Made by a program: the position numbers and the translations under genes
Part shown: positions 19,773 to 28,783 of the stretch, piece after piece
Position numbering within the stretch: the first letter of the stretch is position 1
Layout: each line of letters opens with the position of its first letter
The notes under the pieces: model-generated
Databases searched by the model: none
Told to the model about the DNA's origin: nothing
What the model saw: the letters and a program-made list of their open reading frames with translations, nothing else
Origin: a virus
Taxonomy: Duplodnaviria; Caudoviricetes
Length of the DNA: 57,398 nucleotides
Reading direction: 5' to 3' (one strand)
IMG/VR virus record: IMGVR_UViG_3300010371_000008
Span: 1 to 57,398 of that record

Positions 19773-20168
19773 ATGAACTGGGTAGAAATTTCTGCGCTAA
19801 GCGGCTTTGGTGCCCTCATCCTGGCATTCTTCTCCACCATGCTGGTTTGGTTTTTCCGCCACATCCTGCCCGCGTACCGGCATTCCGCAACGTTCATCCG
19901 CAACTGTGTCGGCGTGCCAGCCGACCCGAAAACCGGGCAAGCCTACGTGCCCGGAATTTTCGAGCGCCTCGCCTCACAAGACAAGGTGCTGGCTGACCAA
20001 AACATCGTCTTGCAGAACATCGTGGACAAAGTGGAACACGCCGTACAACAGGTGGCCAACTCCCACGTGACCAACTTGCGCGATGACGTGGATGAAGTAA
20101 TCGGCAAGGTCGATTCCTTGCACCAGAAAGTGGATGCACTCCACACCGACCCAGGAGGCACCCCGTGA
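19773..20168 (+). CDS. Membrane protein of the lysis region
   Basis: N-terminal TM helix; QVANSHxTNLRDD motif; coupled to the endolysin gene. Confidence 0.65.
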   Translation: MNWVEISALSGFGALILAFFSTMLVWFFRHILPAYRHSATFIRNCVGVPADPKTGQAYVPGIFERLASQDKVLADQNIVLQNIVDKVEHAVQQVANSHVTNLRDDVDEVIGKVDSLHQKVDALHTDPGGTP

Positions 20169-21280
20169 CGCTCAACGTGATCGACATCAGCCGCTACCAG
20201 GCGGGCATATACCTGTCCAACACCGGCGCGGATGGTGTCATTGTCGGCGTCACCTACGGCACCGCCGGGGCGAACCCGTACGCGTCCGCCCAGCTCGACG
20301 CCGTGAACGCTGCGGGCATGCTGCGCGGCGCCTACCACATCCGGGCCGGTGACGGGCCGACCCCGCAGGCCGAGGCCGATTCATTCCTTGCCAGCATGGC
20401 CGGGCACATGGACGGGAAAACCATCCTGATTCTGGACTGGGAAGAATGCACCCTGTCCGATGTGGCGTGGGCTAAAGCATGGCTCGATTACGTCTACTCA
20501 CGCACCGGAATCCGCCCCATCATCTACATGTCTTCCAGCGTGTCCCTCGCCTATGACTGGTCATCCGTCATGGCGGACTATGGCCTGTGGGTTGCCCAAT
20601 ACCCGTACAGCACCGTGACCGGGTTTGTGGGCGTCAACTGGACACCCCCAGCCACATCCTGGCCCGCCCTCGTCGGATGGCAGTACGCGGGCACCGGCGG
20701 CAGTGTCGGCGGCTATACCGGCATTGACCTGTCCGCTTTCTACATCACACCAGCCCAATGGCTCGCCTACGCGAACCCGTCATCCGTCATCACACCCGAG
20801 GAAGATATGCCACTCACCGCAGCAGACGTTGCCCTTATCTGGGCTTACAAAAACACGGCGGCGGGAGACACCGCCGACATGCACGCCCAACTTGTGGCCG
20901 CCGCAGCATCGGCAGCCGCCGCCGCAGCCATCACCCCGGCCACGATCTGGGCGTACAAGAACACCGCAGCCGGTGACACCGTCGACATGCACCAAACAGT
21001 GGTAAACGCCATGGCATCGGCCAAGGCATCCGCCACACAAGCCGCAGTAACCCAGTTGGGAACCGCCGTGGCCGGGGTTCCTGCCGCAGTCCTGAACCAG
21101 ACATTCACGACCGCAGCGGGAGCCACCACGAACGTCCCCGGAATTCTGGACGCGATCAACTCCAAGCCTGTCGGTGTCGTGTCCCTGTCTGCGGATCAGG
21201 TAGATCAGTTGGCGGCCACCCTGAAAACGGAACTGCCCGCCGCAACCCTGGCGGCACTGGCCGCGAAACTGACCGCATGA
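20165..21280 (+). CDS. Endolysin, GH25 muramidase with C-terminal repeats
   Basis: IDISRYQ...GAYH...ILDWE...PIIY...LWVAQY...WQY...DL. Confidence 0.9.
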   Translation: MTLNVIDISRYQAGIYLSNTGADGVIVGVTYGTAGANPYASAQLDAVNAAGMLRGAYHIRAGDGPTPQAEADSFLASMAGHMDGKTILILDWEECTLSDVAWAKAWLDYVYSRTGIRPIIYMSSSVSLAYDWSSVMADYGLWVAQYPYSTVTGFVGVNWTPPATSWPALVGWQYAGTGGSVGGYTGIDLSAFYITPAQWLAYANPSSVITPEEDMPLTAADVALIWAYKNTAAGDTADMHAQLVAAAASAAAAAAITPATIWAYKNTAAGDTVDMHQTVVNAMASAKASATQAAVTQLGTAVAGVPAAVLNQTFTTAAGATTNVPGILDAINSKPVGVVSLSADQVDQLAATLKTELPAATLAALAAKLTA

Positions 21281-21411
21281 AACCGGCCCTCATCACCGGG
21301 ACGGCCGCCGCGATGGCCTACCTGCTCATTATGGGCTGGCAGATCCTGCGCGCGGCAGGCTTTGGGCGTGCCGGACGGTACGCATGCAACTACTCAAGGA
21401 GCGATCACTAA
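21277..21411 (+). CDS. 44-aa single-TM microprotein (not in the supplied ORF track)
   Basis: ATGA overlap with the endolysin stop and TAATG overlap with the holin start; MKPALITGTAAAMAYLLIMGWQILRAAGFGRAGRYACNYSRSDH. Confidence 0.6.
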   Translation: MKPALITGTAAAMAYLLIMGWQILRAAGFGRAGRYACNYSRSDH

Positions 21412-21785
21412 TGGCGTCCACGCCCGTTTCCCCGAAAGTCACCGCCGGGGCGGCTGTGGCCGCCATTGTTGGCCTGTTGTTGCAGTATGGTGCCACGATC
21501 ACCCCGGCCACGTTCGCGTGGCTGGGTGCCGGCCAGTCGTTGGCGTTCACCGTCGTCACGTTGGGCGTTGGTGCTTTGGCGGCGTGGTGGAAGACTGACC
21601 CGCTGCGTGTCGTACCACCGGATATCCCGCCCGCAGCCACGGAATCCGCCGTGAATATCACCTATGCGGCACCCGCCCCTGTCCCCGCCGTCGCCATTGT
21701 TGAATCCATCCCCGCCGTCATCACTGTTGACGCCACCCCGCCCACAGCCACGGGCGCCCATGTGGCGTCACCGTTGAACCTGTAA
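21411..21785 (+). CDS. Holin
   Basis: PVSPKVTAG plus two TM helices ending AAWWKTDPLR; AAGGAG RBS; follows the endolysin. Confidence 0.75.
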   Translation: MASTPVSPKVTAGAAVAAIVGLLLQYGATITPATFAWLGAGQSLAFTVVTLGVGALAAWWKTDPLRVVPPDIPPAATESAVNITYAAPAPVPAVAIVESIPAVITVDATPPTATGAHVASPLNL

Positions 21786-21796
21786 GAAAACGTTAC

Positions 21797-21845
21797 AAGA
21801 GCCCCGAACTGTCCGGAATTTCCGGACAGTTCGGGGCTCTTTTTT
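21797..21845. terminator. Long palindromic terminator between convergent operons
   Basis: aagagccccgaactgtccggaa-t-ttccggacagttcggggctctt followed by a T run. Confidence 0.85.
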
Positions 21846-21849
21846 GTGT

Positions 21850-22512
21850 CTAAATGTCGCCTTCCTCTGTGGCTTTCTTGACGTAGGGCCGCTGCTTGCC
21901 GGACTCTTTGGCCACGCGATTCTCCGACAGCCCCGCACGTCGAGCGTCCACGATCTGACGCTTGAGGTCGATCTCTGCCTGCTCTGCCTTTCCCCGCGCA
22001 ATCCGCAGCGCGTACACTGCCCGCTGCTCCGACTCTTCAATCGTCAAGGGCACGACCACGATGGCCGGGTTTCCAGAATGCATTTCAGCCTCCTTCAACG
22101 CCGCTGCTTTGGTGTCGAAAATTTCATCCTGCCGCGGCTCGCCGCCTTGGCCGCTGATGCCGTAGCGGTGTGTGACTGCTGCCCCGTGCTCTTGGATGCT
22201 ACGGATGGAGTCGATCAGGTCCGTGATGTCTTTGCGTGTGAGCCCGACCATGGACGTATATCCGACGTGCCCGCGGTACTGCCCGTACTGCTTGTGTCCA
22301 CGGTCGATTTGTGCGGCACCGGTCCATTCCGGGGAAATGTAGTCGTAGTCATCCCACACCACATAGTCTGCGGTGGTGCGGACAGCCGCGTTGCTGTCGT
22401 ATCGGGAAGTCGTCCACACTTCCTGCCCGTAGCCGAGGTTCAGGACGATGCCGTCCAGTGTGGTGATAGTCGCCGGCTGGGTGGACAGGTCGAATTCTGG
22501 GTAGTCGATCAT
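21850..22512 (-). CDS. Hypothetical protein with C-terminal HTH
   Basis: ATG at 22512 next to the upstream stop; ARRAGLSENRVAKESGKQRPYV is HTH-like. Confidence 0.6.
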   Translation of the reverse strand: MIDYPEFDLSTQPATITTLDGIVLNLGYGQEVWTTSRYDSNAAVRTTADYVVWDDYDYISPEWTGAAQIDRGHKQYGQYRGHVGYTSMVGLTRKDITDLIDSIRSIQEHGAAVTHRYGISGQGGEPRQDEIFDTKAAALKEAEMHSGNPAIVVVPLTIEESEQRAVYALRIARGKAEQAEIDLKRQIVDARRAGLSENRVAKESGKQRPYVKKATEEGDI

Positions 22513-22513
22513 T

Positions 22514-22918
22514 TTAGTTGTCCCAAATCTGGATGCTGAACTTGCCGTTTCCGTTGTCGTAGTGGGTGGCGCCGGGCATGTCATCGTAGACGCGTCCTTC
22601 ACCGTAGACGCTGCCGCGCTTGGTGGTGTATCCGCCGCGGGTGGAGCGGAGGGGCCGCTGTGATGCTTCGTAGGCTGCGGCGTCTGCTGCTTCTTGGGCT
22701 TCAATCTTGGCGAGTCGTGCGGCTTTGGCGGCTTCGGTCTGTGCGGCTACCAGTTCGAGGTCTACGATGGCGGCTTCTTCGCTGTCATATGCGCGGCTAG
22801 CCTTGGTGGCCGTGTGAACGTTGCTGATGTACCATCCGCCGTCCGTGATCATCCCATTCCTGAACTTGGGGCGTGTGTAGAAGACTCCGTATGTTCCGGT
22901 GCTGTCCATGGTTGCCAT
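22514..22918 (-). CDS. Hypothetical protein
   Basis: 134-aa ORF with GGAAGG RBS and its own promoter. Confidence 0.65.
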   Translation of the reverse strand: MATMDSTGTYGVFYTRPKFRNGMITDGGWYISNVHTATKASRAYDSEEAAIVDLELVAAQTEAAKAARLAKIEAQEAADAAAYEASQRPLRSTRGGYTTKRGSVYGEGRVYDDMPGATHYDNGNGKFSIQIWDN

Positions 22919-22955
22919 TGTCTTGCCTTCCCTTGCTTTTCTTCCTTATGTACTA

Positions 22956-22984
22956 ATCATACAGCGGTTGCACGTTCAATACAA
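22956..22984 (-). promoter_or_regulatory. SigA-type promoter for the leftward two-gene unit
   Basis: TTGTAT-N17-TATGAT on the minus strand. Confidence 0.6.
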
Positions 22985-23033
22985 TGGTTTTTGGGGGAAA
23001 GTTCAAGAAAATTTCACCGCCACGCACTCCCGA

Positions 23034-23828
23034 TTAGTGGAACGGGACCATGACGGCGGCAAGGTTGGTCATCCGGTACGGGCTGTAGCCGGCTGTTGCG
23101 TCGGGGTCAACGCCGAGGGACATGCTCGCCAGGTCCGCCGTCGGCACACTGAACGACTCGAAAATGTCGGCACGGGCGCCGGGTACGGCGACGGTGGGCG
23201 GCGTGGCTTGGTGCACGAGGCCGATGGAATTGGTGGCGTCAATGATGCCCGGGTTCACGGGCGCAGACGTGGCGTCACCGTACAGGAGCGTGAATGCGTT
23301 GTCCATGGTGGACAGGGCTGCAATGTTGGCCGGCGCGGTGCCGGTGTTGGTGACGGTAAGATCCACGCGCACAAGCGTGTAGGCGGGTTCGAGGCTGCCG
23401 GAGGCTCCGGTGGCGACGGCTGACCCGTAGCTGTTGGGCATGGACTGCACTTCTGCCAGGGTGAGGGTGAGGCCGCCGGGGTAGGCGATGAACCTGCCGG
23501 CGGGTGTGTTGGCGTCGCCTGTGAGTTGGATGGGTGTCCCGTTGGAGTCGCACGCGTTGGCGGCGTAGGTGACTGCCCACAGGTTGCCGCCGCTGTTGGC
23601 GAAAAGTTGGGCGCATGGCTGGTTGGTGGCAGCCACCGGTGCGGGTGCCGGGGCGGGGGCGGGCGTGGTTGTGACCGGTGCCGGGGCGGGTGTCGCGGGG
23701 GCCGTTGTGTGGCTCGCTGACGGCTTGGGCACCGGGGCGGGCGTGGTTGCCGCAGTGACCCCGCTGCAACCGGCCAGCATGGCAACGGTGGCCGCTCCCA
23801 GTACGATTTTTACTACAGGGTGACGCAT
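23034..23828 (-). CDS. Lipoprotein (possible superinfection exclusion protein)
   Basis: Signal peptide and lipobox MLAG-C; Pro/Ala/Thr linker; beta-rich C-terminal domain (VRVDLTVTNTG); next to the integrase. Confidence 0.75.
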   Translation of the reverse strand: MRHPVVKIVLGAATVAMLAGCSGVTAATTPAPVPKPSASHTTAPATPAPAPVTTTPAPAPAPAPVAATNQPCAQLFANSGGNLWAVTYAANACDSNGTPIQLTGDANTPAGRFIAYPGGLTLTLAEVQSMPNSYGSAVATGASGSLEPAYTLVRVDLTVTNTGTAPANIAALSTMDNAFTLLYGDATSAPVNPGIIDATNSIGLVHQATPPTVAVPGARADIFESFSVPTADLASMSLGVDPDATAGYSPYRMTNLAAVMVPFH

Positions 23829-23851
23829 GGTGTTTCGCCTTACTTTCTTGT

Positions 23852-23884
23852 AAATGGTTGTATGGGGCAAGCATACAACCATTT
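23852..23884. promoter_or_regulatory. 13-bp inverted repeat between integrase and lipoprotein (operator or terminator)
   Basis: aaatggttgtatg-N7-catacaaccattt. Confidence 0.5.
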
Positions 23885-23896
23885 GAAACGGTCAGA

Positions 23897-25093
23897 CTAG
23901 TCTTTTGGGGGATCAATTTCTTTGAGCTGGGCGGCGGCGACCTCCGACAGTTCGCCCATCATGGCCTTGCCAATGGCGGTTGCGGATTCAATCTGCGCGT
24001 CCGGCATCAGGTGCCCGTAAATCTTGTCGATCATGGACGTGTTGGCATGGCCGAGGCGGCGCGCGATCTTGAACAGATCCACGCCTTCCTGGATCAGCCA
24101 GGACGCGTGAGTGTGCCGCAGCCCGTGTGGTTTGATCGGCTTCACGAATGTTTCATCCATTTCGTGCGCCTTGTCGCGGGCCGGCACCCAGTAATTCCGG
24201 TAAAAGTCCTCGTTTTTGATCCTGCCGCCGCGCTTGTCCACGAAAAGGAGAGCATCTGTGGGTCGTCCCTCGATCAGCGGTTTCAGCATTTCGGCGAGAA
24301 TGGCGGGGATGGCGATGGTGCGGCGGGAGGATGGGTTTTTTGGTGGGCCGACGAAGCTGCGTTTGCCGCCGTCGGTCTTCCACGCTTTGTTGATCCTGAC
24401 GGTGGCAAGGGGACCGGACAGATTTACGTCCCCGACGGTGACGGCGGTGGCTTCCCCGAACCGGACCCCGGTCATGACAAGGAAGGAGATGAAAACCCGG
24501 TAGAACGCGTCCATGGCGGCGCGTAGGATGTTGAATTCTTTCACTGTCAGGAATAGCATGTCTTCCCCGGCGCGTTCGACGCTTGGCAGGTCCACGCGGG
24601 TGCATGGGTTGTTGGGACGGTATCCGCGCGTGACGGCGGTTTCCATGGCCGAGGACAGGAACGTGACGATCTTGGCTATGGTGACGGGGCTCATGGTGCG
24701 GTTTTTCCCGGTCTTCTTGTTCATGAGGCCGCGCACCCATGCCGTGATCTGGGTGTCCTTGAGCTGGTCCACAGGGACACCACCAATGTGCGGGCGGATG
24801 TGGTTGTTCAGGTAGCCCCTGTAATTGTTGATTGTGTGCTCGATGGGCTTGATGAGCGTATCTATGTGTTCTTGGCATACTTCGGCTACCGTGTGGGGCC
24901 GGGTCTTGACGGGAAGGATGACCTCTTGCGCTTTGGCGAAGTCGCCGCCGTTGGCGTCTAGTGCTTTGCGTAGGGTGATGGCTTCGGGTTCGGTGAGAAA
25001 TGTCACGGATGCTTGGGTGCCGTCTGTTTCTCTCCACATGACCTGGAATGAGGGTGTGCCGTCTTTGCGTACTCTTTTGCGAATGGATGCCAT
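23897..25093 (-). CDS. int: Tyrosine integrase
   Basis: TGVRFGE, PK...SRR, HGLRHTHASWL, LGH...Y catalytic residues. Confidence 0.97.
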   Translation of the reverse strand: MASIRKRVRKDGTPSFQVMWRETDGTQASVTFLTEPEAITLRKALDANGGDFAKAQEVILPVKTRPHTVAEVCQEHIDTLIKPIEHTINNYRGYLNNHIRPHIGGVPVDQLKDTQITAWVRGLMNKKTGKNRTMSPVTIAKIVTFLSSAMETAVTRGYRPNNPCTRVDLPSVERAGEDMLFLTVKEFNILRAAMDAFYRVFISFLVMTGVRFGEATAVTVGDVNLSGPLATVRINKAWKTDGGKRSFVGPPKNPSSRRTIAIPAILAEMLKPLIEGRPTDALLFVDKRGGRIKNEDFYRNYWVPARDKAHEMDETFVKPIKPHGLRHTHASWLIQEGVDLFKIARRLGHANTSMIDKIYGHLMPDAQIESATAIGKAMMGELSEVAAAQLKEIDPPKD

Positions 25094-25435
25094 GGTTTCA
25101 CCATCTGTAGATAGTTTTTTCGTGGCGTCGGTGGCCTGTATCGGCGCGGCGTCTACTCTAATTTTAGTGTTCGGCGTCAACGAAAACGCGGGGCATCGCG
25201 GCGTTCGGCGTCAACCATTTTGGCCGTCGTGTCAACTACAGCGAGGTAATATGCCAATAATCCGCGTAAACACGCGGAACTTTTCGGGAAATCGGTAGTT
25301 ATACAGCCTAGACGCCTGCCCCGTGATTCCGGGACTTTGCCCAAACAGCGGGAACGTATCGCTACATTAGACGCCTTCTATCAACAATAAGGGACACTAA
25401 CGTGTTGACATGTCAACAGGGGACGGAGACGTTGA
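25094..25435. other. Putative attP region
   Basis: Non-coding gap beside int with repeated GGCGTC(A/T)A-like sites in both orientations; core not identified. Confidence 0.55.
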
Positions 25436-25813
25436 TCACGGGGAATCTACCGGTTCCGGTTGAGCCACCAATGCGAGGGTGCGGGCCATCATCAACAGGG
25501 TGTCTTGCGCGAATTCCGGCAATAAACCGGCCCCGGCAATCCGCAGCTCCGACGGATCATCAGCCGCCACCACCAGCCCCACACTCCGGGCGGCAGCCAG
25601 CAGCACGTCCGTATGCGAAACACCCAGTGCGAGGGCAATGCCCCGGATACTGTCCGGCTCCGGCAGCAACGTGCGCGGCGACCCGTTCCCCCACTGCTGC
25701 CATGCCGACAGCTTAGGGCGGTTCCCCGAATCATGAGCTAAATTCTCATACGAGCGACCACTGCGCCGTGCCTGGATAAGCTCGGCCAGCGTCATTCCAC
25801 CGTTGTCGGACAT
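25436..25813 (-). CDS. HTH DNA-binding protein (repressor-like)
   Basis: LAELIQARRSGRSYENLA...PEPDSIRGIALALGV; AAGGAG RBS. Confidence 0.75.
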   Translation of the reverse strand: MSDNGGMTLAELIQARRSGRSYENLAHDSGNRPKLSAWQQWGNGSPRTLLPEPDSIRGIALALGVSHTDVLLAAARSVGLVVAADDPSELRIAGAGLLPEFAQDTLLMMARTLALVAQPEPVDSP

Positions 25814-25876
25814 GTCTTGATTCTCTCCTTACTAACCTATGGCTAGCTGGGTGCCCGACCACTGCCGGGCACCCAC

Positions 25877-26497
25877 CTATTCTGCCTTATACCTGTCGCG
25901 CCACTCGGCATCGTCGTCGGTGTCGCTGAACAAGCCATTCCCGCCGGTCTGCCCCGGCACGACACCGCCCCACCGGTGGATCTTCTCATGTGGCCGGAAA
26001 ACGTTAGTGATCTTCTCCTGCCCGTCGTTGTCGTCCTCATCATCTTCTCCTGTCAATTCTGTTAGTTGTGGTTCGGGTGCCGCGGGCACTGCCGCGGCTC
26101 CGATCTTCTGCTGTATGCCTGTTGCGGGTGTGACATCGGTTCCTGCTATCCGCATCGACTGCACCATGAGTAACAGTGTCTGCTTGCTTTCAAGGGACAG
26201 GGTGATGTCCCTCTTGATTGCTTCTTCAATCGTCCACTCATCCACTCCGATGATGATTCCCGCCGACGCCAGGGCGGCACGGGCCACCATGGCCGGCGGC
26301 AGCCCCATGGCTGCGGCTATGGCCTTCACGAACCCAATGTTCAGGGCAATAATTTCTGAATTGCGAATCCGTGAAATGTTGGACTTGCTCAACTTGTAAC
26401 CCAACCTGTTGGCCCGGTCAGCAATGTCTTGATCGCTCCACCCGTTGACGCGGCGTGTCTCGTCGATCAGCTCCGCTAGGGGGTGTGTGTGCTTCAT
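25877..26497 (-). CDS. Immunity repressor (XRE HTH)
   Basis: WSDQDIADRA...LSKSNISRI; divergent from the Cro-like gene. Confidence 0.75.
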   Translation of the reverse strand: MKHTHPLAELIDETRRVNGWSDQDIADRANRLGYKLSKSNISRIRNSEIIALNIGFVKAIAAAMGLPPAMVARAALASAGIIIGVDEWTIEEAIKRDITLSLESKQTLLLMVQSMRIAGTDVTPATGIQQKIGAAAVPAAPEPQLTELTGEDDEDDNDGQEKITNVFRPHEKIHRWGGVVPGQTGGNGLFSDTDDDAEWRDRYKAE

Positions 26498-26741
26498 GTC
26501 CCTAAGTCTTCCCGTTTGAAATGGCTATGTAAAGCGACCCCCAGCCTATGACGGTCACCACTACAAAGGCATGGCACCCGTCTCACTGTTCACTATTTGT
26601 ACATCCCATTTTACTGCACGCCTGTCCAGCCGACGCGAAAAATTGGGCCAAAAAAGTTTGCACACCTGTTCCCCACTGGACACTAAAGCAGTAGACTTGA
26701 ACCACAAAACCTGTTCACCACAAAAAGTTAGGAGTCACCCA
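26498..26741. promoter_or_regulatory. Lysis-lysogeny switch intergenic region
   Basis: Between divergent HTH genes; TAGACT -10 at 26692; repeated CTGTTC(A/C)C elements near 26587, 26666 and 26711. Confidence 0.6.
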
Positions 26742-27056
26742 ATGAGCACCACCACAGCACAGCCCAGAGTCGCAGGAATCTACATGCAAGTAACAGATCC
26801 GGCGCACCTGGCCAGACTCATGGAGAACCGCCGCGTTTCACAGCGCCAATTGGCGGCAGCGGCAGGGTGGGGACCCAAATCCCACTCATTCGTTGCACGG
26901 CTCACCAAAGGCCACGCCAAGGCTGTCAGCGTCGAATCCGCAGTCCGCATCGCCCACTACCTTGGAGTGCCCGTGGACGAAATTTTTGCGACCAAGCTGG
27001 ACAGCATTACTGTTCAGATACACCCGAAATCCAGTTCAGCAAGGAAGGCGGCATAG
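26742..27056 (+). CDS. Cro-like XRE HTH regulator
   Basis: VSQRQLAAAAG...SHSFVARL...IAHYLGVPVDEIF; AGGAG RBS. Confidence 0.85.
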   Translation: MSTTTAQPRVAGIYMQVTDPAHLARLMENRRVSQRQLAAAAGWGPKSHSFVARLTKGHAKAVSVESAVRIAHYLGVPVDEIFATKLDSITVQIHPKSSSARKAA

Positions 27057-27058
27057 TC

Positions 27059-27217
27059 ATGTCGTACCTCGAAATCCCCGCAAATGACAACCCGGCCAGA
27101 ATCCGCCAAGACATCGCAGCCAAGCTGGAAGTTTTGCAATCCGAATTCTCACCATTGGCGGTGCTGTCCATGACCATTCTGACCGGTCTGGTAGACATGC
27201 TGGGGAACGCGTCATGA
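27059..27217 (+). CDS. Hypothetical protein
   Basis: Coupled small ORF in the early operon. Confidence 0.5.
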   Translation: MSYLEIPANDNPARIRQDIAAKLEVLQSEFSPLAVLSMTILTGLVDMLGNAS

Positions 27218-27471
27218 ACAAGAAGACAGCCCCCGAATTCCGCAGCTTCGACGACCCGCGCCGGCACGTCCCCCGCCTCGTCTACGTGGCCGACCACCCA
27301 GACCACCATCACGGCGTCTGGCAGATGTCGGTACGCGACCACCACAACAACCTGCACGGGCGATGCCACGATACATGGGTGGAAGGACTCACATCCTGCC
27401 TCATGTGGGCGCACGTCAACGCAGCCCACGGCCTCACCCAGAACTCGGCCACCACCGGGGCGTGGTTGTGA
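27214..27471 (+). CDS. Hypothetical protein
   Basis: ATGA overlap with the previous gene. Confidence 0.55.
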   Translation: MNKKTAPEFRSFDDPRRHVPRLVYVADHPDHHHGVWQMSVRDHHNNLHGRCHDTWVEGLTSCLMWAHVNAAHGLTQNSATTGAWL

Positions 27472-27620
27472 TGGCACGCCACCTAGCCCCAGCCACCCGC
27501 GCCCGCCTCATCCAAGAGGACTACGCGGGAATGTTCCCCCACGCCGCCGCCGCATTCGACACCCACCGGCACACACTCGGCCTTGGCAAGCACGACGCCG
27601 CCACCACACGAAAGAGCTAG
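27471..27620 (+). CDS. Hypothetical protein
   Basis: TGATG overlap with the previous gene. Confidence 0.45.
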   Translation: MARHLAPATRARLIQEDYAGMFPHAAAAFDTHRHTLGLGKHDAATTRKS

Positions 27621-27624
27621 AACC

Positions 27625-27858
27625 ATGATGACCTATGAAGACATCAACAATGGCTACGACAAGCTGGGAGAAATCGACGACTCCCGCGACGCCGCCGCCC
27701 GGATATGCGCCCAACACCTCCTGAACGGCAACATCGACGCCGCGCACCGTTTCGCAGAGCGGTTCCGGATGCACACCCGGAACGCTGACGAACTCCGCGC
27801 CCGGCTCACAGAAGCCATGAACGAAGTCCGCGATGAAGACCTGGCGGCCACGCCATGA
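27625..27858 (+). CDS. Hypothetical protein
   Basis: Helical small ORF in the operon. Confidence 0.55.
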   Translation: MMTYEDINNGYDKLGEIDDSRDAAARICAQHLLNGNIDAAHRFAERFRMHTRNADELRARLTEAMNEVRDEDLAATP

Positions 27859-28100
27859 CGCCCACGACCGAGATGGCCACGGTGTGCGAATGCACCGAAT
27901 GCGCGCCACCCACAGCCCCACCCATCACCCACATTTACTGTGTCCACCACGGCGACCCGCAACGCGCGCTTTGCGGAACCCCCCGCAACCGCCCCGTCGA
28001 ATCCCTGCGCGTCATCGGTAGACGCTACCCCACCCACCGGAACATGTGCATCGTGTGCATGGACATGGCGCCCCGCCCGTGCCCGGAATGCGGCGGCTGA
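27855..28100 (+). CDS. Cys-rich small protein (putative Zn-binding)
   Basis: CECTEC, HIYC, ALCG, CIVC, CPEC; ATGA overlap. Confidence 0.6.
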   Translation: MTPTTEMATVCECTECAPPTAPPITHIYCVHHGDPQRALCGTPRNRPVESLRVIGRRYPTHRNMCIVCMDMAPRPCPECGG

Positions 28101-28101
28101 A

Positions 28102-28335
28102 ATGGAAACCATGGAACCACTCGAAACCCCGGAAACGGTAGCCCACCTTTTCCACATCGACGTGCGCACGGTACGCACCAAAGCACACACCGGGGAATGG
28201 CCTGCAGTCAGTTTCGGCCCCCGAACTCTCCGTTTCACGCCGGAACAGCTCGCCACCATCGTTGCCCTGCACACCATCACCCCCGCGCCGGCACCCGTTG
28301 AAAGACGCCTTGGCACCAGGGCGCGCCGGAACTGA
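28102..28335 (+). CDS. Excisionase-like HTH protein
   Basis: TPETVAHLFHIDVRTVR...GEWP...GPRTLRF. Confidence 0.75.
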   Translation: METMEPLETPETVAHLFHIDVRTVRTKAHTGEWPAVSFGPRTLRFTPEQLATIVALHTITPAPAPVERRLGTRARRN

Positions 28336-28367
28336 TTTTTTTTACCCAAAATTTCCGTTTCAAACAC

Positions 28368-28396
28368 TAGAAACACCCATTACAAGAGCGTAAAAT
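28368..28396 (+). promoter_or_regulatory. Putative promoter
   Basis: TAGAAA-N17-TAAAAT in an AT-rich gap. Confidence 0.5.
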
Positions 28397-28421
28397 TGAA
28401 GCATACCGAAAGGACAAGCTC

Positions 28422-28781
28422 ATGTACGAGCCCAGAATGACCAAAGAACACGCGGTAGCGGCAGCCCGCCACATGATCGTCACGTTCCACAAGGAACTGC
28501 CCGACATCGACTGGTTGAGCGTTCACTACCTCACCAACCAGTTCCAGCGGGATCTATCCGCCGCCATCCAGTGCGACATTGACGGAGACAGGCTGTTGGA
28601 GATCTTCGAAACTCTGGACCGGATGGAGGAACTGTACTACTTCACCGGGGAGTATTCCGACATGCGCCCCGAGGACTACGGCATGGAATACGCCACCCTT
28701 TCAAATGTGCTTGACACTGATTTGTGGCGGCTGCTTGAAGACTACACGGTGCGCGCCCCGTTCTACTTCGAGGCGGCGTAG
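28422..28781 (+). CDS. Hypothetical protein
   Basis: GAAAGGA RBS; 119 aa. Confidence 0.7.
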   Translation: MYEPRMTKEHAVAAARHMIVTFHKELPDIDWLSVHYLTNQFQRDLSAAIQCDIDGDRLLEIFETLDRMEELYYFTGEYSDMRPEDYGMEYATLSNVLDTDLWRLLEDYTVRAPFYFEAA

Positions 28782-28783
28782 CC

